Part shown: one piece after another, positions 46,895 through 56,701 of the stretch | Layout: each line of letters starts with the position of its first letter | How positions within the stretch are numbered: position 1 is the stretch's first letter | DNA from: an uncultured virus (IMG/VR IMGVR_UViG_3300017734_000001) | Taxonomy: Duplodnaviria; Heunggongvirae; Uroviricota; Caudoviricetes; Crassvirales | DNA: 64,000 nt | Reading direction: 5' to 3' (one strand) | Virus record (IMG/VR): IMGVR_UViG_3300017734_000001 | Program-made: the position numbers and the translations under genes | Notes under the pieces: model-generated | What the model was told of the DNA's origin: nothing | Seen by the model: only the letters and a program-made list of their open reading frames with translations | Database searches by the model: none

Positions 46895-49800
46895 ATGCCT
46901 GAAATTAAAAATGTTTTTTCGGCAGGTAAAATGAATAAAGACCTGGACGAAAGATTAATTCCCAATGGCCAGTATCGAGATGCTTTGAATATAAAGATAT
47001 CTAGTTCTGAGGGTGCGGACGTAGGTGCAATTGAAAATATATTAGGTAACACAGCTATTTTTAATAGATCTTATAATGAGGTTACTAACTCATACACTCA
47101 ATGGGGTTTAAACGACTCTGACACAAACTACTATGGTTTTGATAACTGTAAAACAGTAGGTGTTATAAGATACGATAGAAATGAAAAAATATATTGGCTT
47201 CTAAGTGGTAGCAATCAAGATGGTATACTAGAGTTTGATCAAACAACTAAAGTTGTATCTCCTGTTGTTATAGATAAAAACAACGTTTTAAAATTTTCAT
47301 CAAATACTCTTATTACAGGTATAAATATAATCGATGGCTTGTTGTTTTTTACTGATGACTTAAATGAGCCAAAATGTATCAACATAGAAAGATTCAAAAC
47401 TGCAGCAGCAGCCTCAGGAGACACTTCTCACACTGAAATTTACGGTAGAGATTTTATAGAATCAGATGTAACCGTAATAAAAAAATCACCTATTACAGCC
47501 CCCACTTTGGAGATGTACAGAACAAAGCAGCTTGACGATAATGGCAATGTTACTAATGTAGATACAGGTTGGTATGGAGCTTTAGGTAGCAATGTAGATG
47601 GTGAACCAACACCATTTGATCCAGGTACTGCTGTTACTATGTATTGGAATCAACCTTATCCTTTTTATAATGTTGGTGATACTTTAGTTTTAACGGCTTC
47701 AAACGGTGAAGATGATGAAGATCATATAGCTAGAGTTAAAGTTTTTGAAGTACCAACAGGTAATACTCAAAACTTTGCTAAAGTAAACGTGTTGTCTATT
47801 AACACAGCACCAGCAACGAGTACATTTTGGGAGGTAACTTTAGAACAAACTCCACCCATGTTTGAGTTTAAGTTTGCTAGGTTTGCGTATAGATATATAT
47901 ACAATGATAATCAAGTTTCTTGTTTTTCTCCTTTTTCTGAGCCAGCATTTTTACCTGACGAAAAAGCTTTTGAATATAACCCAGAGCAAGGTTACAATGT
48001 GTTAATGAAAAACACGGTTAGAAATTTAAAAGTAAAAAACTTCGCGTCAAGTGGGACAGTTCCATCCGATGTAGAAAAAATAGATATATTATATAAAGAT
48101 TCTTCAAACCAAAATGTTTATGTTGTAGATACAATTGAAAAAGACTCTTCTGGTAACTTTGCTAATCAGTATAGTATAAAATCTGAAATAATAAGCAAGG
48201 TTATAGAGTCTAATCAAATACTAAGACCGTTTGATAATGTACCAAGAAAAGCAAAATCTCAAGAAATAATTGCCAATAGGCTAGTTTATGCTAATTATTT
48301 ACAGAACTTTGATATAAAAAATGCAAACGGTGACATTGTAAAACCTAAAGTATCTATAAACATTGACAATTACCCAACTTGGAATATTACTAATGAATCA
48401 GCTGGTAAATCAATAAAAACTTTAAGAACTTATCAAATTGGCGTTGCTTATAGAGATGAACATGGTAGAGAAACACCAGTGTTTTCATCAGAAACAAGTT
48501 CTACTGTATTAGGTAAAACATCAGCAAACTTAAATAATAGAATATCTGCGGTAATAGAATCAGATCCTCCAGAAGGTTTTACTCATTTTAAGTTTTTTGT
48601 TAAAGAAAATTCAAACGAGTACTATAATTTATCAATGGATAGATTTTACGTTGAGTCAGATGATAATGTTTGGATATCTTTTCCATCTTCAGAAAGAAAT
48701 AAAATAAAAGAAGATGACTTTATTATATTAAAAAAACAACACGATAGCAACAACTTTGTTGATGAAGAAGCTAGATACAAAATTATAGCTTTAGAAAATG
48801 AAGCTCCAGACACAATAAAAACAAAAAATGTAAACAAAGCTAAAATACAAGGTTCGGGTAATAATAACACCTTTGTATCTGACGGTCAGCCAGTTGAAAC
48901 TGCTTTAACTTTAAAAATACTAAATCAAGCTTGGGTTGACTCTGGCGCTGATTCTAGAGACAACGCTTTGTTAGGTGAACCACAGCTTTGTTGTAAAATA
49001 TTTACAGAAACAAATACAACACCTGTTTTTTATGATATAGAAAGTATACAAAAAGTTGGATCTGGTAACGATGCTCATTACAAGATTACTTTAAATAAAC
49101 CACTATCTGGTATGGCTTTTGCTACAAGTAATGGTCAAGAAGCTGTAGGTTTAGGTATAAATATATTTCAAAAAGAAATACAAAATAAACCAGAGTTTGC
49201 TGGTAGATTTTTTGCAAAAATATATAGTGATAAAGCTTTAGTTGACAGAATAACATCGGTAAACGAAAAAGAAGGTTATGCTATAGCTTCTACTCGCACT
49301 CTTGGTAAAATGACTAGATTTGGAGATAATGATGATAACTGGAAATCTGGCGATAGAGGTTGGCATATAGATAATTCACAGCCTCGTTATCATACAGCTG
49401 TTCAAGGGGGATTGTTGCCACATAATAGTAATCTTCCTGGAGAAACGCTTAACGTTGGTGCGAAACGAGGTAGAGGGACTAGAGTGGGCTCAAAATACAT
49501 AGATATATGTTATTTTAAATGGGGACCTGGTAGTGGTAGCGCGGCAAGAAACGCATGGGACGGTTATTGGTGGGGCTTTGAAAATAAAGTTCCAGACGCA
49601 GCTGATACAGCTAATTTTTTACAGTCACCTGGACAAAAGATAAGATGGACTGATGATCCAGATGGCACTATATATGAAATAGTCGATTATGCTAGAGTTC
49701 ATTGTGTTACTTATAAAGGCAGCAAAAAAGGAAAGTTCGCTTCATCGAGATTAATAAGATTTACAATTCAACTAGATAAACCTCTAACTTGGTCACCAGA

Positions 49801-51136
49801 TGACTCTTTACAGTTAACAGAAGTAGGTGGAAGTACTACTACTAATTTAGAGTTTTTAAGAATAGTAGATGAAGACTCTGGAACGTACACATCAAAAAAC
49901 CCTGCTATTTTTGAAACTGAGCCCGATGAAAATGTTGACATTGATATATACTATGAAGCTAGTGATAATATACCAATCGCTCAACACGGAACTGAAGCGT
50001 TGCCATCTACTCACGATTTAGATTGGTTCAACTGCTATTCGTTTAACAATGGTGTAGAGTCTGACAGAATAAGAGATGATTTTAACGCTGTAAGAATAGG
50101 TAAAGGTGTAAAAGTATCTGCAACACTAGATGAGCCATACCAAGAAGAAAGAAGAGGATCAGGTTTAATATTTTCTCAAATATTCAACTCTTTAACAGGC
50201 ACAAACAAACTTAATCAGTTTATACAAGCTCAACCTATAACTAAAGACTTAAATCCAGCAAATGGATCAATACAAAAACTTCACGCTAGAGACACAGATT
50301 TAGTTGTAATGTGTGAAGATAAAGTTTTAAAGATTTTAGCTCAGAAAGATGCCTTATTTAACGCAGACGGATCTGCTAACGTTACATCTAACGCGGCTGT
50401 TTTAGGTCAAGCGATACCTTTTGTTGGTGAATATGGTATATCTAAAAACCCAGAGTCGTATGCTTATTATGGTTTTAGATCTTACTTCACAGATAAAAAT
50501 AGAGGTGTTGTTTTAAGGCTATCAAGAGATGGTTTAGAAGAAATATCTTCAAACGGCATGAGCGATTATTTTTCAGATAAACTTGCTTCAGAAAACACAA
50601 TGATTGGCAACTACGACGAAGACTCTGGATGCTACAATGTTAGTTTTTCTGATGAAACAGTTTCTTTTGAAGAAACAGTTAGAGGTTGGCCAACTAGAAA
50701 ATCTTTTGTAGCTGAAGCTGGTGTATCTTTAAATAACATATATTACACATTTAAAGATGGTGTCATATGGTCACATGACAATCAAACAAGAAATAACTTT
50801 TATGGTACTCAATATAAATCAACAGTAAAGCTAGTGTTTAACGAGTCACCATCAAAAATTAAAAACTTTAAAACAATATTTTACGAAGGAGACTCTGGTT
50901 GGACTTGTCCAAAAATATCTACAGATCAACAAGACGGTAGCGTTCCAGGCTTTTCTAATAAAGAAGGTATATATTATAACTTTATAAAAGGCATTGAAAA
51001 CACATGGGATAATAACTTTCAAGCTGGTACTCTAGATACTAAAGAGTTTTCAACGCAAGGTATAGATATACTTGGATCAATAACTGGCACAACTAAGAGT
51101 GACTTTATTTTAACAATAGAAGAAGACGGAAATTAA
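46895..51136 (+). CDS. Large tail nozzle/stabilisation-type protein
   Basis: F.AGKMNKDLDERL.PNGQYRDALN N-terminus; beta-rich, GEYGISKNPES near the C-terminus. Confidence 0.65.
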   Translation: MPEIKNVFSAGKMNKDLDERLIPNGQYRDALNIKISSSEGADVGAIENILGNTAIFNRSYNEVTNSYTQWGLNDSDTNYYGFDNCKTVGVIRYDRNEKIYWLLSGSNQDGILEFDQTTKVVSPVVIDKNNVLKFSSNTLITGINIIDGLLFFTDDLNEPKCINIERFKTAAAASGDTSHTEIYGRDFIESDVTVIKKSPITAPTLEMYRTKQLDDNGNVTNVDTGWYGALGSNVDGEPTPFDPGTAVTMYWNQPYPFYNVGDTLVLTASNGEDDEDHIARVKVFEVPTGNTQNFAKVNVLSINTAPATSTFWEVTLEQTPPMFEFKFARFAYRYIYNDNQVSCFSPFSEPAFLPDEKAFEYNPEQGYNVLMKNTVRNLKVKNFASSGTVPSDVEKIDILYKDSSNQNVYVVDTIEKDSSGNFANQYSIKSEIISKVIESNQILRPFDNVPRKAKSQEIIANRLVYANYLQNFDIKNANGDIVKPKVSINIDNYPTWNITNESAGKSIKTLRTYQIGVAYRDEHGRETPVFSSETSSTVLGKTSANLNNRISAVIESDPPEGFTHFKFFVKENSNEYYNLSMDRFYVESDDNVWISFPSSERNKIKEDDFIILKKQHDSNNFVDEEARYKIIALENEAPDTIKTKNVNKAKIQGSGNNNTFVSDGQPVETALTLKILNQAWVDSGADSRDNALLGEPQLCCKIFTETNTTPVFYDIESIQKVGSGNDAHYKITLNKPLSGMAFATSNGQEAVGLGINIFQKEIQNKPEFAGRFFAKIYSDKALVDRITSVNEKEGYAIASTRTLGKMTRFGDNDDNWKSGDRGWHIDNSQPRYHTAVQGGLLPHNSNLPGETLNVGAKRGRGTRVGSKYIDICYFKWGPGSGSAARNAWDGYWWGFENKVPDAADTANFLQSPGQKIRWTDDPDGTIYEIVDYARVHCVTYKGSKKGKFASSRLIRFTIQLDKPLTWSPDDSLQLTEVGGSTTTNLEFLRIVDEDSGTYTSKNPAIFETEPDENVDIDIYYEASDNIPIAQHGTEALPSTHDLDWFNCYSFNNGVESDRIRDDFNAVRIGKGVKVSATLDEPYQEERRGSGLIFSQIFNSLTGTNKLNQFIQAQPITKDLNPANGSIQKLHARDTDLVVMCEDKVLKILAQKDALFNADGSANVTSNAAVLGQAIPFVGEYGISKNPESYAYYGFRSYFTDKNRGVVLRLSRDGLEEISSNGMSDYFSDKLASENTMIGNYDEDSGCYNVSFSDETVSFEETVRGWPTRKSFVAEAGVSLNNIYYTFKDGVIWSHDNQTRNNFYGTQYKSTVKLVFNESPSKIKNFKTIFYEGDSGWTCPKISTDQQDGSVPGFSNKEGIYYNFIKGIENTWDNNFQAGTLDTKEFSTQGIDILGSITGTTKSDFILTIEEDGN

Positions 51137-51137
51137 T

Positions 51138-54113
51138 ATGGCACTAATAAATTGTAGTATAAATTCAGCTTCGTTAACTAAAACAGGCGGTCAAGCTATA
51201 GGAAGTGATAATGCGACTTTAACAATAACACCAGCTACAGGTTATGTTGTAAATGCTGCAGATTTTACTGTTTCTAATGTTTCGTTTTCATCAAACGGTA
51301 ATAGTTTAACGTTTCAACATGGTCAAAACGGAGTTGTTTTACCCACTGGTGTAACAAGTGTTACTTTAATAAACACTGGAACTGGTGGCGGTGTTGGAAA
51401 CACTATCGCGGTTGCTGTAGATTTAACTAATAGTTTTGTCATGCCTTCGTCAGATACTACGCTTATTGTAGATATCGATGGATCTGCAACTTTACAAGGT
51501 TTTACAGTTCAAGGTACTTTTGAGCAAATAGGTAGCGGTTTATCTGTAGCCAACACAACTACAGGCAACTGGGGCCCTGTTTCTGGTCAATTTAATTCTT
51601 CATCTACAGTTTTTACCCGCACTATATCAGCTGCAAGTGGTAAGTATTTTCCAACTGCACCAACTTGTGAAATAGCTATAGGTGATAGTTCTAGATACAC
51701 CATAAGTAGCTCAGATGCAACTGACAGTGACAACAATATAACAGGTAGAGCTTTTACAGTTTCTTACAATTTTCCAAATCAAAACGTAACTGGTGATAAA
51801 ATAAAAATTACTGGTACAGCTATAGATATACCTTCAACTACAACAGAAATAACAGCTTATAGTATATCTACTAACAAAATACCAAATTCTGGAGAAACTA
51901 GATTGTATAGGGTGTATGGAACACCTGGCGCTACTTTTAGCGTTGCTGTTGTTGATTCTAACAATAGTAGTGTTGCAGGAATATCAAATATAACACTAGA
52001 CAGCACTGGTACTTATGATTATTATATAACTTTTCCAAGTATATCTTCAGGCAGCGAAACTTATACTATAACAATATCTGGAGACCTGTCTAGTACATTT
52101 GGCACGTCAAGTGGCCAACCTACATCAGTTAATATAGTTCAACAATCAAACGTTATATTAACTTTAGGGTTAACATGCTCAGATTCTACAGTAACTGTAC
52201 CTGCAAATCAAAGCATAAATCTACCTATAGATGAGGTTGACTTTTCTACATCTTATACTAATGAACAATACACTTTCTACTTTACAGTAACACGAACGGT
52301 TGCTTTGTATTTAAAAACTATACCTACATCTGCTTTTAACAATCAAAGTCAAACTAGTGGTATAAATTTTGATGTACAGTCTATAACAATAACTAACAAC
52401 AACACAACTAGCGTAACACTTGCTGTGCTTGTTAATTTAAACTCCACAGAAGACACAAATTTAACTAGTACGCTTAATTTAGATACGTATATAAACAACG
52501 TGCCTACTGGATCGCCTTTCACGTTTAATGTTAACCAAGGAGATCCTATAACTTTAAACTTACAGTCGAGATCTAGCGCTAGTGATCCTGAAGGTGATGG
52601 GCTTGCGTTTATAATATCAGGTTTACCAACAAATGGTAAACTTTTTACAGATGCAAATAGAACAGATGAAATATTGTCTAATGAGTTGCCAGCTACATTA
52701 TCTGGTAATACTGTTTATTATGAACATGATAATACCAACACATCTTCAGACACTTTTACATTTAAAATATCTGATGGTAATTCTACAACAGCAAATATAA
52801 CAGCTACAGCAAATGTTAATTTAAACCAAGCTCCTACAGCTAGCGGTTTTACTTTTTCTTTATTAAAAGGAGCATCAAAAGAATTAAACTTAGCAACACT
52901 TTCAAGCCCTTCAGATCCAGACGGTGACACTTTAAGTTATAAAATAACAGGTTTACCTTCTGCGGGATCAGATGCTAGCGGTCAGCTATTTACAGATTCA
53001 GCTTTACAAAACCAAATAACAAGCACACCAACAACACTAAGCAGTTCAACTATATACTACAAACACGATAATAGTAATGATTTAACTGACTCTTTTACTT
53101 TTAGAGTTAGCGACGGATCTACTGAAACATCTGATTTAACAGCATCGGCAACTATAGGCGTTGCTCCTGGAGCTGCAATTTCAACATCAGGTAACTCTGG
53201 TATTTTCTTAATAGCAGTAACGCTAGGGACTGCTGCTGGAACTTTTAAAGTTCATTGTGATTCTTTTGATGTTTTTGATAGATTTCAAATATTGTTTGAT
53301 ACAAATGGTAATTCTAATAACATAGCTGACATGGAAGTTGTTGCAGATTCGCTTTATGTTGGTGATAACGATTTTGGGAGTAATGATATTCCAAGTAACG
53401 GCCAAACGACAGGTTTAAGTGAATACACATACGTTGGATCAGGAGGAAATGCTCCGGTAGCTGACTTTAACGGGAGTACATCAGCTGCCGATAAGTGGAA
53501 TAGAACCGGAAACGCTAATCAAACTATAACTATAACAGATGATATAGTTTCTATTGCTTCTGCTGTAAATAGAAGTAATTTTCCTGCTGACACAAGCGAG
53601 TTAGCGCCTTCAAGAGGGTCAAACTCAACAACAATAAAACAAGTTAATGTTCAAACTGGTAGAGTTGAATCTACAACTAGTAACAATTACAGTCTTATTA
53701 CGGGTGGCGCTTTAAACAATGGTAACGTTTGTCTTTATTATACTAAGTCTGCTACTACTAACACAGTAGCATATATAAAAATATCTAGTCACCCTACAGA
53801 GGGTACAGGTTGGAATATTTTACACACTAGCTTCAATGCTAACTTTGGAACTGCTTATGTTCAAACAAATAATGGTTGTGGTGCAACTGCATATCATACT
53901 ACTTTTTTAGCTTATCCACAGGATAATACATGGGCTAACGGTAAAATAGTGTATTTAGATCCAGAAGAAACTCAAGTTTTGGTAGGAAATGGTAATACAT
54001 ATAAATTTCACACATATGTAAATGATCCAGACGACATAAGTAGTTATCAAGGTGTTACTGCTACTATAAGCAACACCGGTGTTATTAGTTCTAAGTTTAC
54101 GTGTACAGCATAA
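51138..54113 (+). CDS. Ser/Thr-rich virion protein with two cadherin/Ig-like repeats
   Basis: Two copies of N..PT..F...SDP(E/D)GD.L...I.GLP..G.LFTD..YY.HDN...D.FTF..SDG. Confidence 0.65.
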   Translation: MALINCSINSASLTKTGGQAIGSDNATLTITPATGYVVNAADFTVSNVSFSSNGNSLTFQHGQNGVVLPTGVTSVTLINTGTGGGVGNTIAVAVDLTNSFVMPSSDTTLIVDIDGSATLQGFTVQGTFEQIGSGLSVANTTTGNWGPVSGQFNSSSTVFTRTISAASGKYFPTAPTCEIAIGDSSRYTISSSDATDSDNNITGRAFTVSYNFPNQNVTGDKIKITGTAIDIPSTTTEITAYSISTNKIPNSGETRLYRVYGTPGATFSVAVVDSNNSSVAGISNITLDSTGTYDYYITFPSISSGSETYTITISGDLSSTFGTSSGQPTSVNIVQQSNVILTLGLTCSDSTVTVPANQSINLPIDEVDFSTSYTNEQYTFYFTVTRTVALYLKTIPTSAFNNQSQTSGINFDVQSITITNNNTTSVTLAVLVNLNSTEDTNLTSTLNLDTYINNVPTGSPFTFNVNQGDPITLNLQSRSSASDPEGDGLAFIISGLPTNGKLFTDANRTDEILSNELPATLSGNTVYYEHDNTNTSSDTFTFKISDGNSTTANITATANVNLNQAPTASGFTFSLLKGASKELNLATLSSPSDPDGDTLSYKITGLPSAGSDASGQLFTDSALQNQITSTPTTLSSSTIYYKHDNSNDLTDSFTFRVSDGSTETSDLTASATIGVAPGAAISTSGNSGIFLIAVTLGTAAGTFKVHCDSFDVFDRFQILFDTNGNSNNIADMEVVADSLYVGDNDFGSNDIPSNGQTTGLSEYTYVGSGGNAPVADFNGSTSAADKWNRTGNANQTITITDDIVSIASAVNRSNFPADTSELAPSRGSNSTTIKQVNVQTGRVESTTSNNYSLITGGALNNGNVCLYYTKSATTNTVAYIKISSHPTEGTGWNILHTSFNANFGTAYVQTNNGCGATAYHTTFLAYPQDNTWANGKIVYLDPEETQVLVGNGNTYKFHTYVNDPDDISSYQGVTATISNTGVISSKFTCTA

Positions 54114-54124
54114 TATAAAAACAT

Positions 54125-54469
54125 ATGGCAACTATAGTATTAAACTTTAACAACCCAATAAACGTATCTATACAGTCTAACAGCGACTCAAATACTGGTT
54201 ACGCTGGAGCTGATATAGTTTATTTTAAAAATTCATCAGGTGTATTTCAAATAGGACCGTGTATAGGTGTAACTAAAACTTCAGTAACATGTGACACGCC
54301 TGACAACGCTTTAAGGCCTTCTAACGGTGATTTTATATTTTTTGCTAAATCACCAGTAACAAACACGTCAGGTGTTATAGGCTATTACGCAGACGTTGAT
54401 TTTGAAATAACGTCTACAACTAAAAAAGAGCTTTTCGCTGTTAACTCAGAGATATTCTTAAGTAGTTAA
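54125..54469 (+). CDS. Small structural protein candidate
   Basis: ORF track; ends ELFAVNSE. Confidence 0.5.
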   Translation: MATIVLNFNNPINVSIQSNSDSNTGYAGADIVYFKNSSGVFQIGPCIGVTKTSVTCDTPDNALRPSNGDFIFFAKSPVTNTSGVIGYYADVDFEITSTTKKELFAVNSEIFLSS

Positions 54470-54493
54470 TATTTAGTGATAAAGTGTAATAAT
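54465..54493 (+). promoter_or_regulatory. Class II promoter-like motif upstream of internal-protein genes
   Basis: GTTA-N17-GTAATAAT (one mismatch). Confidence 0.55.
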
Positions 54494-54513
54494 ATTAATA
54501 TAAATAACTTATA

Positions 54514-55155
54514 ATGAATAACAATATGAAACCATCACCGCTAAAAGTGCCAATAGGAGCCATAATGCAAGGCGTTCAAGGTCTAGCTGGTATAGCTGGA
54601 GGCATTATAGGTAGCCGATCAAGAAAACAAGAGCAACGTAATGCACAAGCAGAATATGAAAGAAGAAAAGCGGATTATCAAAGTTTAGACACATCTAATC
54701 CATACCTAAACCAAGAGAACGTTTATGAAGATTTAACAGTAAACACTCAAGCGGCTGATTTCGCAGCGCAACAACAACAACAAGCTGCTGCTAACACTAT
54801 GGATACGATGGCTAGCGCTGCTGGTGGATCTGGTATAGCTGCGTTAGCTCAAGCTATGGCTGGTCAACAAGCTCAAAATTTACAAGGTGCATCAGCTAGT
54901 ATAGCTCAACAAGAGTCTGCTAACGAGATGGCTCAAGCTAACATGGCTGGACAGTTACAATCGCAAGAAAGACAAGGTGAGGTTTACTCTAGAAACTTAC
55001 AAAAGGATAAAGTTGAAACATTGATGGGTATGTCGCAGCAAAGACTAGCGGCTGCAAATCAAGCTAGACAACAAGCTACGCAATCAATAATGGGTGGTGT
55101 AGGTAATTTAGTTGGAGGAGCTGCTCAAGGCTTCGACGCAATGAAAAGAGATTGA
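54514..55155 (+). CDS. Putative ejection/internal virion protein
   Basis: Gly/Ala hydrophobic ends, Gln/Ala-rich core; SPLK near the N-terminus. Confidence 0.6.
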   Translation: MNNNMKPSPLKVPIGAIMQGVQGLAGIAGGIIGSRSRKQEQRNAQAEYERRKADYQSLDTSNPYLNQENVYEDLTVNTQAADFAAQQQQQAAANTMDTMASAAGGSGIAALAQAMAGQQAQNLQGASASIAQQESANEMAQANMAGQLQSQERQGEVYSRNLQKDKVETLMGMSQQRLAAANQARQQATQSIMGGVGNLVGGAAQGFDAMKRD

Positions 55156-56690
55156 TAATGGCAAAACAAAATGAATTAATAGCACAGCAAGGTCTTATCT
55201 ACAATAGTAGATACTATGACCCTTCTTTGTCCCTAGCACAACCTTTTGCTAGAGCTGAAAGAGTTATAGATTACAATAACAGACGTAGAAGGGCTAATAA
55301 AGCTGCAGCTGAAGCTAAAGTTTCTCAATACGTAGAAAATCTAGCAGGTGATTTGCCAAACATAAGTAAGATATCTCCAAAGTACAGAAACAAAATAAAC
55401 GAGTTTTTAGTAAGTAAAAGAAGAGAGTATACTAACGCAAGTAAAGTTATAGGTAGATTTGCACCAGGCACAACTGCATATATGGAAGCTGTGTCTAAAA
55501 TGAACTCCATAAGTGACTCATTTAAAAACCTTAGTAATCAGTTTGATTTATTTAAAAAACTAAAAACAGAAGAGCTACCTGACTTTCAAAATAGATTATT
55601 GTCTGAAGCTAATAATCCAAACAATATAAGTTTAATGTCTAGTATACTTACGGATGAGCTTGACGTTGAGGTTGGTGAAGGTGGTAGTTTAAGTTTCGTT
55701 CAACAGGTTCAAGATGAACTAGGTAACATAAGTTTATCTCAAACTAGTTTAAACGATTTACCTAAGTATTTTAATAAAGACTTTGATACAGCCACAAAGA
55801 TTATAGAAATGAATAAAACTTTGTATAATGGCAGTAAAAAAATGACGCCAGCTATGGCTAAGTTTGTTGAAATGCAACTTAGAAACCATATGATGCAAGG
55901 TGGTAGAGAAACAGTTTTGTCTTTAGCTGTTGATGATTTTATCATACCAGATGGTTTAGGTTTAGATGACGATCTTCTTTTTAACGAAGAAAGACACGAC
56001 GAACTTGTTGATGTTGTGGTAGATCAATACTTGAACATGTTAAAACAATCTGCTGATACTGGATACGAGTCAAGAAGAGCTGCTGATATTCAGACTATAA
56101 AAGACAGAAAAGCTGCAAGTGGAACTAGCAGTACTAGTACTAGCAACGAAGAGACAGACTTGTTTACACCTGGCCAAAGACAAGATATTATGTTAAACCA
56201 ACAGTTTGCTCAAAACATAAAAAATAGAGCTAAAGATATGTTTGATAGAATAAACGATCCTAGCATGCTAGCAAATTTTGATGGTAGATTTAATGAATTA
56301 TCAGATTTATACATAAAAACTATAGGCATGAATAGCCCAGACATGGCTAACAGATATATAGATAGAAATAGACACTACGAAATGTGGAAACAACAACACA
56401 AGGATGTTCCAGATTTTGACGTGCAAGGTGAGTATAACAAAAGATTTGGTGCTGGTGATAGAATATTTGTAAACCTAACAGGCCAAGGTAGAGATTTAGG
56501 TAATGTATTTCAATATCAAGCCGTAGACCCTTTTGTTAACGCTGCCGATTTTGATCAATTCTACAGAGATTTACTTATAACATCTGGCATGGATCCAAAA
56601 ACAGCTAACTACTTTGTTTATGGAATAGAAGGCATGACAGGCGGTGAAGACGCTGCTGATGATGAAGGTGTATTAAACGTATCAAATTAA
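55152..56690 (+). CDS. Putative internal virion protein
   Basis: Helical 512-aa protein between the ejection-like gene and the giant gene. Confidence 0.5.
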   Translation: MIMAKQNELIAQQGLIYNSRYYDPSLSLAQPFARAERVIDYNNRRRRANKAAAEAKVSQYVENLAGDLPNISKISPKYRNKINEFLVSKRREYTNASKVIGRFAPGTTAYMEAVSKMNSISDSFKNLSNQFDLFKKLKTEELPDFQNRLLSEANNPNNISLMSSILTDELDVEVGEGGSLSFVQQVQDELGNISLSQTSLNDLPKYFNKDFDTATKIIEMNKTLYNGSKKMTPAMAKFVEMQLRNHMMQGGRETVLSLAVDDFIIPDGLGLDDDLLFNEERHDELVDVVVDQYLNMLKQSADTGYESRRAADIQTIKDRKAASGTSSTSTSNEETDLFTPGQRQDIMLNQQFAQNIKNRAKDMFDRINDPSMLANFDGRFNELSDLYIKTIGMNSPDMANRYIDRNRHYEMWKQQHKDVPDFDVQGEYNKRFGAGDRIFVNLTGQGRDLGNVFQYQAVDPFVNAADFDQFYRDLLITSGMDPKTANYFVYGIEGMTGGEDAADDEGVLNVSN

Positions 56691-56701
56691 AATAAAATAA
56701 C

